Shown here: in pieces, positions 1-9,935 of the stretch
Position numbering within the stretch: position 1 is the stretch's first letter
Layout: the number at the start of each line of letters is the position of its first letter
Assembly (NCBI GenBank): GCA_963776345.1
Contig: CAVZMH010000015.1
Span: 192,001 to 256,000, forward strand
Reading direction: 5' to 3'
Source: an uncultured delta proteobacterium
Lineage (GTDB): Bacteria; Myxococcota; Myxococcia; Myxococcales; Myxococcaceae
DNA: 64,000 bases
Notes under the pieces: generated by a model
The model's input: only the letters and a program-made list of their open reading frames with translations
Database searches by the model: none
Told to the model about the DNA's origin: nothing
Program-made: the position numbers and the translations under genes

Positions 1-1
1 C

Positions 2-877
2 CTCCGGGACATCCAGCGCGCCAAGTGTGATCTCGTATTCAACGTCTGCGAGACCTTCGCCTCCGATTACCGGATGGAGGTCAACGTCGCGGCGCTGATG
101 GAGATGGGCCGGGTGAAGTACACGGGCTCGGGCGCCGCCGGCCTGCTCCTCGCACAGGACAAGGTGCTCACCAAGCAGCTGCTCGAGTTCCACGAGGTGG
201 CCAGCCCCAACTTCGCGGTGTTCGAGAACGACACCTTCGAGACCAAGGGCATCCTCCGCTTCCCGCTGATCGTGAAGCCGGCCCGCTCCGACGCCTCGAT
301 CGGCATCGGTCGGCACTCGGTGGTCCAGAACTGGCAGGAGCTGACCGAGCGGGTCCGGGAGATCCGCGACGACCTGCAGGACGAGGCGCTGGTCGAGGAG
401 TTCATCGACGGGCGCGAGGTCTACGTCGGCATCGTGGGCCCGGCGAGCAACCCGACCATCCTCCCCATCATCGAGATGGACTTCGGGAACTGGTCCCCGG
501 CCGTCCCGATGGTCTCGGACCGCGAGGTGAAGTTCGCCCCGGAGACCGAAGGGAGCCCGCGGCTGGTGATCGCCAAGGACCTCTCGGACGAGCTCCGGGC
601 CCGCATCCACCGGGCGGCCCGCCTTGCCTACCGGGCGCTCAAGCTCCGCGACTACGCGCGCATGGACTTCCGGATCGCCAAGACCGGCGAGCCGTACATG
701 CTCGAGGCGAACCCCAACCCGTACCTCGAGAAGACCGGCGAGCTGGCGATGGCGGCCGCGGACGCCGGTCTGGACTACCCGCAGCTCATCTCCCGCATCG
801 TCGAATCCGCCGCGGTCCGCTACCACCTGCACGTGCGCGAGGCCCCCGCCAAGCGGGCCCGCGCCGCGCAGTCCTGA
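2..877 (+). CDS. D-alanine--D-alanine ligase family ATP-grasp protein (5' end truncated by window)
   Basis: Frame open from base 2 (LRDIQRAKCDLVFNVCE...); motifs YTGS, FPLIVKP, EEFIDGRE, RMDFR, LEANPNP. Confidence 0.85.
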   Translation, partial: LRDIQRAKCDLVFNVCETFASDYRMEVNVAALMEMGRVKYTGSGAAGLLLAQDKVLTKQLLEFHEVASPNFAVFENDTFETKGILRFPLIVKPARSDASIGIGRHSVVQNWQELTERVREIRDDLQDEALVEEFIDGREVYVGIVGPASNPTILPIIEMDFGNWSPAVPMVSDREVKFAPETEGSPRLVIAKDLSDELRARIHRAARLAYRALKLRDYARMDFRIAKTGEPYMLEANPNPYLEKTGELAMAAADAGLDYPQLISRIVESAAVRYHLHVREAPAKRARAAQS

Positions 878-884
878 GGCGGTC

Positions 885-1519
885 TCAGGGCGCCGCTCGC
901 TGCGGGCTCTCCCAGACCTCGTTCCGGTATTCCACCAGCCGGACCAGCGCGTCCCGTCCGGGGTAGCGCGGCTCGGGACAGGTCGCCCCCTGACGGGCGA
1001 CCCATCCGGCGACCTGTCGCCCCTGGAGGTCGAAGAGCACCACGCCGCAGTCTGCATCGAGCGGGATGCCGGCCCTCTCCGAGCCCGGCGTCCAGAGGTT
1101 GACCCACTGACCGCTGAGCCCCAGACGGGCGATCAGGTAAAGCGGAGCCTCCAGGTCGGCGGGGATCGGGCGTCCGTCCTCGGTGACGAACGTCCAGATC
1201 GGTGCCGAGAGGTACGACGGCGTGTAGGTCAGCCCATCAGGCCGGTGGTCGACCCGGACCGACGCCGAGGGCCGGATGAGTGACGGCGTCGGGCCGAAGG
1301 CGCCGACCTTCCGGAGGTCGTCCCCCTCGCGCTCGTACCGGTCGCCCGCCATTCCCGCCCAGGTGCCGTCGTCTCGAGCGTGTAGACGAGGCCGGGGGCG
1401 CTCACGCTCCGGGCATCGAAGCGAGTGGACCCCGTGCGGATCCAGTGGCCCTCGCTGTCGTGGGCACAGCCCGCGGCCACCATCGCCATCGCCGCTCCAA
1501 GAACGCCGAAGCTCCTCAT
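885..1519 (-). pseudogene. Putative lipoprotein split by a 1-nt frameshift near 1375 (pseudogene or sequencing error)
   Basis: GAGGAGG RBS, then ATG at 1519 with signal/lipobox MRSFGVLGAAMAMVAAGC; protein-like sequence continues in another frame (RDDGTWAGMAGDRY...) to the stop at 885. Confidence 0.55.
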
Positions 1520-1684
1520 ACCGCCTCCTCTTCTCCGGGCGCTCCGCTCGTGTCCGGTGCACCAACGGACGTCGAGGTGTGCCGAAAATCTAAGCCCCTG
1601 GGCTCCCGCCCACAACGTCCGGCCCGGCAGACGGTGACGTTCATTGCGATGGCAACGACGCACGGAGTCAACTCGGCCGGAGCG

Positions 1685-3310
1685 TCAGGGCGCCTGGGTC
1701 AGCCGCGGCCCGCTCGGCCTCGGCAGGGCGGCGCCGTCCAGTGTGGGGCGGAGGTACTCGACCAGCGCTTCGAGGTCCGGGGGGCCACCCACCCGCTCCG
1801 TTCCCTCGGCGAAGGCACCGAAGCCGTCACCGCCCGTGGCGAGGAAGCTGTTCACCGTCACGCGGACGCGGGTATCCGGCGCGAGCACGCGACCGTCCAC
1901 CTTCACTGAGCCGGGCACCACCTTCGACCCGGGCGCAGCGGCCGCGGACCAGGCGTACGCGACGTTCGCCGAGGGCTGGAGGATCTTCGGCCGGCTCCCC
2001 AGCCACTGCTGCTCCAGCGCGGTCGCGAGCTGGGTGCCGGTGAGGGTGAAGGTCACCAGGGTGTTGCCGAAGGGTTGGGCCGCGAAGATCTGCGCATAGT
2101 TGACGTCGCCGGCGGGAAGATCGGCCCGGAGCCCGCCCGAGTTGGTGAAGGCGATCACCGCGCCGACTCTCCGGGTCGCCGCAAGGTGGGCGTCGGCGAT
2201 GGCGTCTCCGAGCGTCGACTCGCCGGCATTGCTCGGCGCGCGGGTCAGCCCGACCGCGAGCCGTCCCACGCGACGGCTCGCCAGCGGAGCCGCCTCGGCC
2301 ACCGCCTGGTCCACCACTGCCTTGGCGCGCGGATCGGGATCGATGGCGTGCGTCACCGCAACCTGGGTTGCGTGTCGCGAGAGCACGCGGTGCTGCACCG
2401 GGTCCAGCTCGAACTCGATCCGGGTGAGCAGCCTCCCGTAGGCCCCGGCACTCGTCGCCAGGGCGCCCCCGAGCTCCGGACAGACGTACGCCTGGTGGGT
2501 GTGGCCACTCACGATGACGTCCACGCCATGGAGGCGCTGGGCGATGTCGACCAGCGGCCCGGTGAACCCGCGGCACTCGCCCGGTGGGGAGCCCGGAGCC
2601 TGCGCCCCGCCCTGGTGGATGAGCACCACCACCGCGTCCGCCCCCGCCTCGCGCAGTTTCGGGACCGCGGCGTTCACCGCCTCGGCCTCGTCACCGAAGG
2701 TCAGGCCCACCACCCCGCTCGGGGTGACGACCGAGGGCGTCTCGCGGAGGACGACGCCCACGAACCCCACCGTCGCCCCACCCACCTTCTTGAGGAGCGT
2801 GGCCGGGAAGAGCGTTCTCCCCGTCCGGTCGAACACGTTGGCGGCCAGGTAGCTGAACCGAGCGCCTGGAAAGGCCGGACCCTTGCACGGCTCGTCCGTC
2901 CGGCAGCCGCCGCGCTGCAGCCGGAGCAGCTCGTCCACGCCCTCGTCGAACTCGTGGTTCCCGACGCTGGAGACATCCAGCCCGAGCGCGTCCATGAGCG
3001 CGATGCTCGGCTCGTCGTGGGTCAGCGCCGAGGCCAGGGGGCTCGCGCCGACGAGGTCTCCGGCGCCGACCACCAGCGTGCTGTCTGGCTCCTCGGCCCG
3101 GAGCCGGGCCACGTGCGCGGCCAGCCAGGCCCCTCCGCCGGCCGGGACGGTCCCGTCCGGAAGTCGGACGGTCCCGGGGGGTGGCTCGAGGTGACCATGG
3201 AAGTCGTTGAGGGCGACCAGCTGGACGTGAACCGGCCCGCTGGCGACGTGGAGCGCCGGGGGGCCCCCGGCGCAGGCGGCCAGGGAAAGAAGGAGGAAGA
3301 GACGGTGCAT
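1685..3310 (-). CDS. Bifunctional metallophosphatase/5'-nucleotidase lipoprotein
   Basis: Lipobox LAAC; motifs NDFHG, GDLVG, GNHEFD, SGHTH, NSGGLR, QPFGN. Confidence 0.92.
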   Translation of the reverse strand: MHRLFLLLSLAACAGGPPALHVASGPVHVQLVALNDFHGHLEPPPGTVRLPDGTVPAGGGAWLAAHVARLRAEEPDSTLVVGAGDLVGASPLASALTHDEPSIALMDALGLDVSSVGNHEFDEGVDELLRLQRGGCRTDEPCKGPAFPGARFSYLAANVFDRTGRTLFPATLLKKVGGATVGFVGVVLRETPSVVTPSGVVGLTFGDEAEAVNAAVPKLREAGADAVVVLIHQGGAQAPGSPPGECRGFTGPLVDIAQRLHGVDVIVSGHTHQAYVCPELGGALATSAGAYGRLLTRIEFELDPVQHRVLSRHATQVAVTHAIDPDPRAKAVVDQAVAEAAPLASRRVGRLAVGLTRAPSNAGESTLGDAIADAHLAATRRVGAVIAFTNSGGLRADLPAGDVNYAQIFAAQPFGNTLVTFTLTGTQLATALEQQWLGSRPKILQPSANVAYAWSAAAAPGSKVVPGSVKVDGRVLAPDTRVRVTVNSFLATGGDGFGAFAEGTERVGGPPDLEALVEYLRPTLDGAALPRPSGPRLTQAP

Positions 3311-3348
3311 GAACCGCCCAGCATGCACCGATCTGGCCACCGAGTGAC

Positions 3349-3873
3349 TCAGAGCTTCAGCCAGAGGCCCAGCCCGGCGTTGATGGCCTGGCTCCCGAAG
3401 AAGCTCACCCCGCTCCCGGCGTAGGGGAAGTCCGCCGTCACCTCGAAGTAGACCCGGAAGACGGCCAGGTCGATGATCTTCAGCCCGCCGCCCACCCGGA
3501 GGAAGAAGACGGCGGTGTCCTCGATCTGGATGGGCAGCGCCGCGCGGCCGTAGAGCGGGAAGCCGGGCACGTCGAGCGTCAACCCGGGCCCGAGGTACGT
3601 GAGCTGGCGCGAGTAGCCGGTGCCGGTCGCGGCAAGGCCGCGGCGGAATTCGAGATCCAGGCCCAGGGTGTCGGCGAAGAAGTAGCTCCCGATGACGTCG
3701 AGCGTCGGCTGGAAGCTCTCGTTGATGCCGAACGAGCTGCTCTGGCCGTTGCTCGAGGTGTGCGAATAGAGCGGGGCCTCGAGCGCGAGCCGCAGGGACC
3801 ACTGGGCCTCGGCCCGGCCGGGCACGAGGAGCAGCCCGAGGGCCGCGAGCCCGAGCAGGAAGGGATGCCTCAT
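3349..3873 (-). CDS. Small outer-membrane beta-barrel protein, function unknown
   Basis: Signal peptide ending AEA-Q, alternating amphipathic strands, C-terminal GLGLWLKL. Confidence 0.65.
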   Translation of the reverse strand: MRHPFLLGLAALGLLLVPGRAEAQWSLRLALEAPLYSHTSSNGQSSSFGINESFQPTLDVIGSYFFADTLGLDLEFRRGLAATGTGYSRQLTYLGPGLTLDVPGFPLYGRAALPIQIEDTAVFFLRVGGGLKIIDLAVFRVYFEVTADFPYAGSGVSFFGSQAINAGLGLWLKL

Positions 3874-3949
3874 TGGCGGGATGCTAGCCGAGCCTCGGCG
3901 CGCGCCCGCGCGCTGCAGGCGTGTGCGGGAACGTGCGGCGAAGGACGGC

Positions 3950-4822
3950 TCAGTGCGCCGGCCGCTTCTCCCCGGCGTCCACCCGGAGCGCGAGCCGGTT
4001 CTGCTTCGGCGGGAGCGGGCAGGTGGCAAAGGCGCTGAAGGCGCAGGGCGGGTTGTAGGCGCGGTTGAAGTCGAGGATCACCTTCCCGTCCTTCGCCGGG
4101 TCGGCGTACAGGAAGCGGCCCGCGCCGTAGGTCTCGGTCCGGTTGGTCTCGTCAGCGAAGACGAAGAAGAGGTCCGGGCTCCCCTCCTCCAGCACCGGGG
4201 TGAGCCGGTACTCCTTGCCGTCCACGGTGAAGACCGCCGTGCCAGGCGAGGGCGAGCGCTCCACCTGGCCGAGGACGTCGGGGACGGCGATCTCGGTCGG
4301 CGGGTTCGACGGCTCCCACCGGGCGGTGAGCCGCCACCGCGCCGAGGGCGGATAGGTGGGGATGCCCTTGAACTCTTTCCGGGCGCGCGCCTCGGGGTCC
4401 TTGATGCGCACGCCGACGCGGTCGCCCCGGACGATGACCTGGAAGCGGAGCCGGCCCACCTGGAAGACGTCGGGCTCGGCGTGGCCCTCCTCGTCGGTGG
4501 TCACCGCGCCGCCGGCGAACGGCTTCCCGCCCCGGGTGACGGCCACGCCCGGCGCGGGCTGGAAGGACACCCGGGTGCCCGAGCGGGTGAAGGTCCCGAC
4601 CCTGGCGGGTGCGCCCTCGGGAAACACCACCGCGGCCTTCCCGTCGGACCCGGCGTCGTTCGGCCCCTCCTTCAGCCAGCCGAGGCCCACGAGGGTGAGC
4701 CAGCCGTCGTCGGACTGGAGCCGCTGGAGCCGGGCCTCGTGCCAGGCACGGGTGGCGGCGGCGACGTCCTCGGCGGGCGGAGCGGCGGTCAGCGAGAGCG
4801 CGAGCAAGGTGGGCAGGAACAT
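3950..4822 (-). CDS. DUF1684 domain-containing exported protein
   Basis: Signal peptide; GWLTLVGL, ETYGAGRFL, LDFNRAYNPPCAFSAFATCPLPP. Confidence 0.9.
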   Translation of the reverse strand: MFLPTLLALSLTAAPPAEDVAAATRAWHEARLQRLQSDDGWLTLVGLGWLKEGPNDAGSDGKAAVVFPEGAPARVGTFTRSGTRVSFQPAPGVAVTRGGKPFAGGAVTTDEEGHAEPDVFQVGRLRFQVIVRGDRVGVRIKDPEARARKEFKGIPTYPPSARWRLTARWEPSNPPTEIAVPDVLGQVERSPSPGTAVFTVDGKEYRLTPVLEEGSPDLFFVFADETNRTETYGAGRFLYADPAKDGKVILDFNRAYNPPCAFSAFATCPLPPKQNRLALRVDAGEKRPAH

Positions 4823-4992
4823 CGGGGCGTCTCTCTAACCCGCCCTGCGCCGTCCGGCCGCCGGGTCTGCCTCAGTCGTCCTCGTGCCCCGCGAGGACGT
4901 GGAGCAGGAACGGGTGGCGTGTCGGCGCCTGCGGGTGGCGTTGCGTGAGCTGACGCCCCGGTCCGGTCGGGTTCGCGGCGCGTCGCCGGGGG

Positions 4993-5574
4993 CTACCGCG
5001 CGCGGTCCGTCGCCCTCACCGCGTGGATGGTGAAGAGGCGCTTCATCGGACCGCCCGTCGGGCCGATGTCGCCCGTCTGGGTGAAGGACCGGGGAGTGAT
5101 CTCCGAGTACGCCTCGCGCCAGAGCATCGTCTGCCCGGTGGGCCGGTGCTCGATCTCCTCGATGACCAGCTGCTTCCCGTCCCAGCGGATCGTGATGTCG
5201 TTCAGGGCGCCCTTGAGATCGCAGACGTGAGGATTGCCGCCGTTGCACTCGACCCCCCCGAGCGCCTGCGTCTTGCGGTCCTCCCAGATGAGCGCGAGCA
5301 GGTGGAGGTCCCTGCCCGGCGTGGGGAGATGCTCCTCCTCGATGAGGACGAGACCATCCTCGGAGGCGCGCCAGGTCTCCGTCCCGCGCGTCTCGGCAGG
5401 TCGAGGCTTCCCCTGCTCCTCCTCGAACTGGATCCTCAGCGTCCAGCTGCCCGAGAGCGCCCGGACGAGACTCTCGAAGCTCGCGACCGTGGCGCCGGCG
5501 TCCTGCGCCTGCACGGCGAGCGCAGCCGTCGAGAGAAGCACGAAGACGATCCGGATCAGCGGCACTCGCCTCAT
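4993..5574 (-). CDS. Exported hypothetical protein (beta-rich, DUF1579-like)
   Basis: GGAGG RBS, signal peptide ending VQA, LSGSW motif early in the mature protein. Confidence 0.6.
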   Translation of the reverse strand: MRRVPLIRIVFVLLSTAALAVQAQDAGATVASFESLVRALSGSWTLRIQFEEEQGKPRPAETRGTETWRASEDGLVLIEEEHLPTPGRDLHLLALIWEDRKTQALGGVECNGGNPHVCDLKGALNDITIRWDGKQLVIEEIEHRPTGQTMLWREAYSEITPRSFTQTGDIGPTGGPMKRLFTIHAVRATDRAR

Positions 5575-5728
5575 CGCAGTCCCTCCGGCGGGTGCAAACC
5601 CGCGCGCCCCGCGGTACGCAAGGTAGCGGAACGCGGAGCCGTCATGCACTGGACCGGAGATCAGGCGGACCATCCGGATGTGGACCGGGGGCTCCAGCTC
5701 GCGTCGCTTCTCGCAACGCGGGATTCAG

Positions 5729-5801
<73 letters not shown>

Positions 5802-5820
5802 CGATGCTTCGGGGCCCGGG

Positions 5821-5849
5821 TTGGTAGCATCGACGCCCCAGCGCGTCAA
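5821..5849 (-). promoter_or_regulatory. Candidate sigma70 promoter of tRNA-Thr
   Basis: TTGACG-N17-TACCAA with TG extension, about 20 nt upstream of the tRNA. Confidence 0.45.
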
Positions 5850-5863
5850 AACCCCTTCCCGGC

Positions 5864-6685
5864 TCACCAGGGCGCAGGCGCATCCCAGTCGATGACACCC
5901 TCGAGCCCTCGGTGGAGCCCCACCAGACCGCTCGCCTTCCGGATCGCGAGGAGCGCGCCCGCGACGTACGGCTGCGCCGAGGTTCCCGACTCGTGGCGGA
6001 GGTGGAGCCGCTCGCCCGGACGTCCGAACACCACCTCCAGGCCGATGACGTACCCCGGTAGCCGGACCGAGTGGACCTGCACGCCGTGCAGGGACGCGCC
6101 GCGCGCCTCGGGAGGACCCTGGACCTGGGCGACGGGCACGGTGATCTCGGGCGCCCGCACCGCCGCCAGTTGCCGCGCCAGCTGCCGCGCCGTCCCGGAG
6201 GGCGCGTCCGGCTTGTCGTCGTGCGCCGAGTCGAGGATCTCGTAGTGCGGGAAGAAGCGCGCCGCGACCTGCGCCAGCTTCTGGAGCACCACCACGGTCA
6301 GCGCGAAGTTGCCGACCGCCAGGACGCCGCGGTGGGCCGCGCGCGCAGCCTGGTCGATCTCCCGGTCGTCCCGGTCCGTCAGCCCCGAGGTGCCGACCAC
6401 CACGTGGGCCCCGGCGGCGAGCGCGGCGAGCACGTTGGCCCTCGCTACCTCGGGCCGCGTGTACTCGAAGAACACGTCGCAGGGAGTCTGCAGCACCTCG
6501 GCGACCGAGCCGCTGATCGGGCAGTCCAGCCGGGGTTCTCCCAGCACCTGGGACAGCCGCTTGCCGGCATGCGAGCGGGACACCGCCCCGACGAGCTCGA
6601 GGTCGGTCGAGGCGGCGATGCCACGGGCCAGCTCCGACCCGGCCCAGCCCGTGGCGCCTGCGAGGATGACCCGTGTCGTGCCCAT
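5864..6685 (-). CDS. dapB: 4-hydroxy-tetrahydrodipicolinate reductase family protein (variant active-site motif)
   Basis: Rossmann GATGWAG, VVGTSG, GNFA, K.DAPSGTA, HSVRLPG. Confidence 0.8.
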   Translation of the reverse strand: MGTTRVILAGATGWAGSELARGIAASTDLELVGAVSRSHAGKRLSQVLGEPRLDCPISGSVAEVLQTPCDVFFEYTRPEVARANVLAALAAGAHVVVGTSGLTDRDDREIDQAARAAHRGVLAVGNFALTVVVLQKLAQVAARFFPHYEILDSAHDDKPDAPSGTARQLARQLAAVRAPEITVPVAQVQGPPEARGASLHGVQVHSVRLPGYVIGLEVVFGRPGERLHLRHESGTSAQPYVAGALLAIRKASGLVGLHRGLEGVIDWDAPAPW

Positions 6686-7086
6686 GCGGAACGACGTAGC
6701 GCGTTCGGGCCCCGCGGGGCTCGACACAGTGCTCCGGGCCACCGGGCCACACACCGAGCGGAGATCGCCGGCGGCCGACCATCGAGGTCCCGCTCCTCTC
6801 GCTCGCCAAGACGCTCGAGACGGCGATGCCTCCGTCGCCTGCTCGGCCACCCGGCGGACCGCCGTCGGTGCCCACCCGGCCGACACTCTCCTCGAGTCTG
6901 GCCGACCGTCCGGTCGGTCCGCGTCTGCGTCGCGACCACACGGCCACACGCGAAGACCGCGCAGGTGTTGCGCGAATCGAGTCGTGCACTGCGCGACGAC
7001 GAGCTCGGCCGGTCGAACGTCACCCGGGGTCCGCAACGCATCGCGCAATCCCCGGAGATGCAGCGCGCGACAGGTTGGTCGTGACA

Positions 7087-7116
7087 TTGACGGAGCGGAT
7101 CGCCGAGTCGTATAGC
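7087..7116 (+). promoter_or_regulatory. Candidate sigma70 promoter of gdh
   Basis: TTGACG-N18-TATAGC, followed by GAGGAG and ATG at 7147. Confidence 0.5.
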
Positions 7117-7146
7117 CGCGCGGCACGCGAGGAGCCGACACTGCCC

Positions 7147-8697
7147 ATGCCCGAGCAAGAAACCTTCATGCGGGTCCCGGACCCGACCCCGAAGCGCACC
7201 CTCTACACGGACGCGATGGAGATCTTCCATCGCGCGGCCGACACCATCGGCCTCGCGCCGCGGGTCCGTCTCGAGCTCGAGGAGCCCGACTACGAGCACA
7301 TCTTCTACGTCACCGCGAAGCTGAAGGACCGCCTCCGTCCGCTCTCGCCCGAGGCCGCCCGCTCCTTCGGCGATCTCCCGGTGACCCAGGTCCGCGATCC
7401 GAACGGGCTGGAGCGCCTCGCCGACGGACAGATCCTGCTCAACGGCAAGGCGCTGCTTGGCTCGGACGTGGCGATCCGCCGCGGCCACCTGCGGCTCCCG
7501 GACGGCGGCGTGTACCAGCTGATCCCCGGTGAGTCGCAGCGCTTCAAGGCCTACCGCGTGCAGCACAACCAGGCGCGCGGTCCGTACAAGGGCGGCATCC
7601 GCTACCACCGCGAGGTGTCGCTCGACCTGTTCAAGGCGCTCGCCGCCGAGATGACCTGGAAGACCGCCATCTCCGAGGTCCCCTTCGGTGGAGGCAAGGG
7701 CGGCATCCAGATCGACCCGCGCCAGTACGGCCGCGAGGAGATCGAGGCCATCACCCTGCGCTTCATGTACAAGCTGAAGCGCCTCATCGGGCCCAACATC
7801 GACATCCCCGCCCCGGACGTCGGCACCAACGGGGAGATCATGGCGCTGATGATGCGCCAGTACCTCGACGGCGAGCGGGAGCGCCACCTCGGCCGCGCCA
7901 TCGTCACCGGCAAGGACGTGCGCATCGGCGGCTCCGAGGGCCGGGTCAAGGCCACCGGCCGGGGCGTCATCTACTGCATCGAGGACTACTACGCGGACAA
8001 GGGCGAGAGCCTGAAGGGCAAGACCTTCACCGTGCAGGGCTTCGGCAACGTGGGCTCGTACGCCGCGGAGATCATGGCTGCCCTCGGTGGACGGCTGCTG
8101 GCGGTCAACGACGCCGACGGCACCATCTTCAACCCCGACGGCATCGACGTTCCGGCGCTCCTCGCCCACGTGCAGGACCCGAAGAACCTCAAGCGCAGCG
8201 TGCTGGGCTTCCCCGGCGCGCAGACGATCGAGAAGAAGGACTTCTGGGAGGTCCCGGCCGAGATCCTCATCCCCGCGGCGCTGGGCGGCGAGATCACCGG
8301 GGAGATCGCCGAGAAGCTGAAGTGCAAGCTCATCGCCGAGGGCGCCAACGGCCCCACCACCCCCGACGCCGACCGGGTGCTCCTCAAGCGCGGCATCGAC
8401 CTCATCCCGGACATCATCGCCAACGCCGGCGGCGTGACGGTGAGCTACTACGAGTGGATCCAGAACAAGCGGATGGAGTCGTGGACCGAGGCCGAGGTCA
8501 ACGCCAAGCTCGAGCACGCGCTGAAGAGGAACTACCGCATCATCCGGGACATCTCGCGGAACACGCCGCGCAGGACCGAGATGCACGACAGCCGGCCGTT
8601 CTGCGTGGGCAAGCAGGTGGAGCCGCGGCTGGCGGCGATGATCCTCGCCCTCAAGCGGATCGAGGCCCACTACATCATCGAGGGCTTCTCTCAGTAG
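7147..8697 (+). CDS. gdhA: Glu/Leu/Phe/Val dehydrogenase, probably glutamate dehydrogenase, with an internal insertion
   Basis: YRVQHN, GPYKGGIRYH, EMTWK, GGGKGG, PAPDVGT, QGFGNVG, EGANGPTT, NAGGVTVSYYEW. Confidence 0.9.
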   Translation: MPEQETFMRVPDPTPKRTLYTDAMEIFHRAADTIGLAPRVRLELEEPDYEHIFYVTAKLKDRLRPLSPEAARSFGDLPVTQVRDPNGLERLADGQILLNGKALLGSDVAIRRGHLRLPDGGVYQLIPGESQRFKAYRVQHNQARGPYKGGIRYHREVSLDLFKALAAEMTWKTAISEVPFGGGKGGIQIDPRQYGREEIEAITLRFMYKLKRLIGPNIDIPAPDVGTNGEIMALMMRQYLDGERERHLGRAIVTGKDVRIGGSEGRVKATGRGVIYCIEDYYADKGESLKGKTFTVQGFGNVGSYAAEIMAALGGRLLAVNDADGTIFNPDGIDVPALLAHVQDPKNLKRSVLGFPGAQTIEKKDFWEVPAEILIPAALGGEITGEIAEKLKCKLIAEGANGPTTPDADRVLLKRGIDLIPDIIANAGGVTVSYYEWIQNKRMESWTEAEVNAKLEHALKRNYRIIRDISRNTPRRTEMHDSRPFCVGKQVEPRLAAMILALKRIEAHYIIEGFSQ

Positions 8698-8771
8698 GCC
8701 CGGGCCGGTCGATCAGTCCCCGCACCAGGGCGACGCCTGCGGAGCGGCGCAGGGGCGCCGCACGTCTAGGC

Positions 8772-9119
8772 TCAGTGCATCACCCGCTCGCGGTCGACGA
8801 GCAAGAGCGGGTGGTCCTCACGGGTCTCGTAGGCCACGATGCGCAGCCCCATCCCGCGGGTGTGGCCCGGCTCCTCGGCGCCGCGCCCGTAGCTGAGCGC
8901 CACCTGGTAGCGGACCTCGCAGAGGCAGGTCATCTCGGTACCGTCCTCGCCGGTGAAGGTGACGCGCACCCGCCCGCCGAGCGGCATGGGCTCGCGGGTC
9001 TCGACGAAGAGGCCCGTGGCGGAGATGTTCCGGGCGATGCCGCGGGTGAGTCCGTCCGGCGTGCTGATGTAGACGGTGAAGACCTTGTCGAAGCGCAGGT
9101 GGCGGCGGCGATCGCCCAC
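8772..9119 (-). CDS. cdbS: Stand-alone PilZ domain protein (CdbS-like)
   Basis: RRRHLR (RxxxR) and NISATG ([D/N]xSxxG) c-di-GMP motifs; AAGGAG RBS before GTG. The symbol relies on recalled M. xanthus synteny with degP/grpE. Confidence 0.7.
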   Translation of the reverse strand: MGDRRRHLRFDKVFTVYISTPDGLTRGIARNISATGLFVETREPMPLGGRVRVTFTGEDGTEMTCLCEVRYQVALSYGRGAEEPGHTRGMGLRIVAYETREDHPLLLVDRERVMH

Positions 9120-9204
9120 GGCGTGCTCCTTCTGGAAGGATGCGACACCGGACAGGGTACGCAGTAGTCAGATGTAGTCAAAATATCTACCTCAGGAGGT
9201 CGTC

Positions 9205-9822
9205 GTGCTCGCCAGGTTGCCGGTCATGTTCCTCGCGCTGGTCCCGGCGCTCGCCCTCGCCGAGGGGCGCTTCGACGAGCTCCGCAAGGGCGCCCAGCCG
9301 TTCGACGGAGGGCTGGGCGAGTTCCTGGAGGTCTTCCTGGGCGACTGCGGCCAGGCCTCGAACACCGCCAACTGCCGCAACCGCTCCCGCGAGTTCCAGG
9401 TCCAGGCGAAGGGGAAGCGCTTCTACTTCCTGGTCCGGGAGGACGAGGCGGGGATGGTGGGCATGTCGGAGAGCACCCGCTCGGGGGGCGACTTCACCAT
9501 CGAGGTGACGCCCTTCTTTCCCGGCGCCGAGCACGCGCTGACCAACGCGGTGCCGAAGAAGACCGACGCCCGCGGGAACCCCATCCTCCCGGTGCTGATG
9601 CTCGCCGGGACGCTGCCCGACGGCGAGACCGTCGACGGCATGGAGCGGCTGTTCAGGAACCGCGGCGTGCGGGTCGAGCTGCTCGTCCGGCCCGAGAAAC
9701 CTTGGGCGCTGGCGAAGAAGGGCGGCGGCCAGCTCACCGGGGTGCAGGCGAAGCTCGAGGCGATCCAGGTGACCTCGCGGACCGGCGCGGTCCTCGCGAC
9801 GTGGATCGCGCCCGAGAAATGA
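9205..9822 (+). CDS. Exported hypothetical protein of myxobacterial type
   Basis: AGGAGG RBS, signal peptide ending ALA, GC-biased codon usage, Cys pair. Confidence 0.75.
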   Translation: MLARLPVMFLALVPALALAEGRFDELRKGAQPFDGGLGEFLEVFLGDCGQASNTANCRNRSREFQVQAKGKRFYFLVREDEAGMVGMSESTRSGGDFTIEVTPFFPGAEHALTNAVPKKTDARGNPILPVLMLAGTLPDGETVDGMERLFRNRGVRVELLVRPEKPWALAKKGGGQLTGVQAKLEAIQVTSRTGAVLATWIAPEK

Positions 9823-9935
9823 CGGCCGCCGAAGCCGATGCTCTGCTCTCGGCGCTCGGACGGACGCTTGCCATCGCTCCGGGCCTGCCGCCGCATCTGG
9901 GACAAATGGAAGGAGCGCGGGCTGGGGGTAGCGCC

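Noticed and set aside
4872..4992. Protein-like minus-strand tail (...RHPFLLHVLAGHEDD-stop)
   Set aside because: No nearby start codon or RBS; at most an unidentifiable remnant.
885..5728. Possible genomic island downstream of the tRNA-Thr 3' end
   Set aside because: No integrase and no downstream duplication of the tRNA end. The 10-bp match GAGCCGACAC at 7132-7141 is on the wrong side and lies in the gdh leader.
6686..7086. About 400-bp dapB-gdh intergenic region as an ncRNA or riboswitch
   Set aside because: Only short GC hairpins; no recognisable lysine riboswitch or other family motif.
9819..9935. ATG overlapping the stop of the 9205-9822 gene (MTAAEADALLSALG...)
   Set aside because: The frame turns into low-complexity sequence antisense to better-supported genes.
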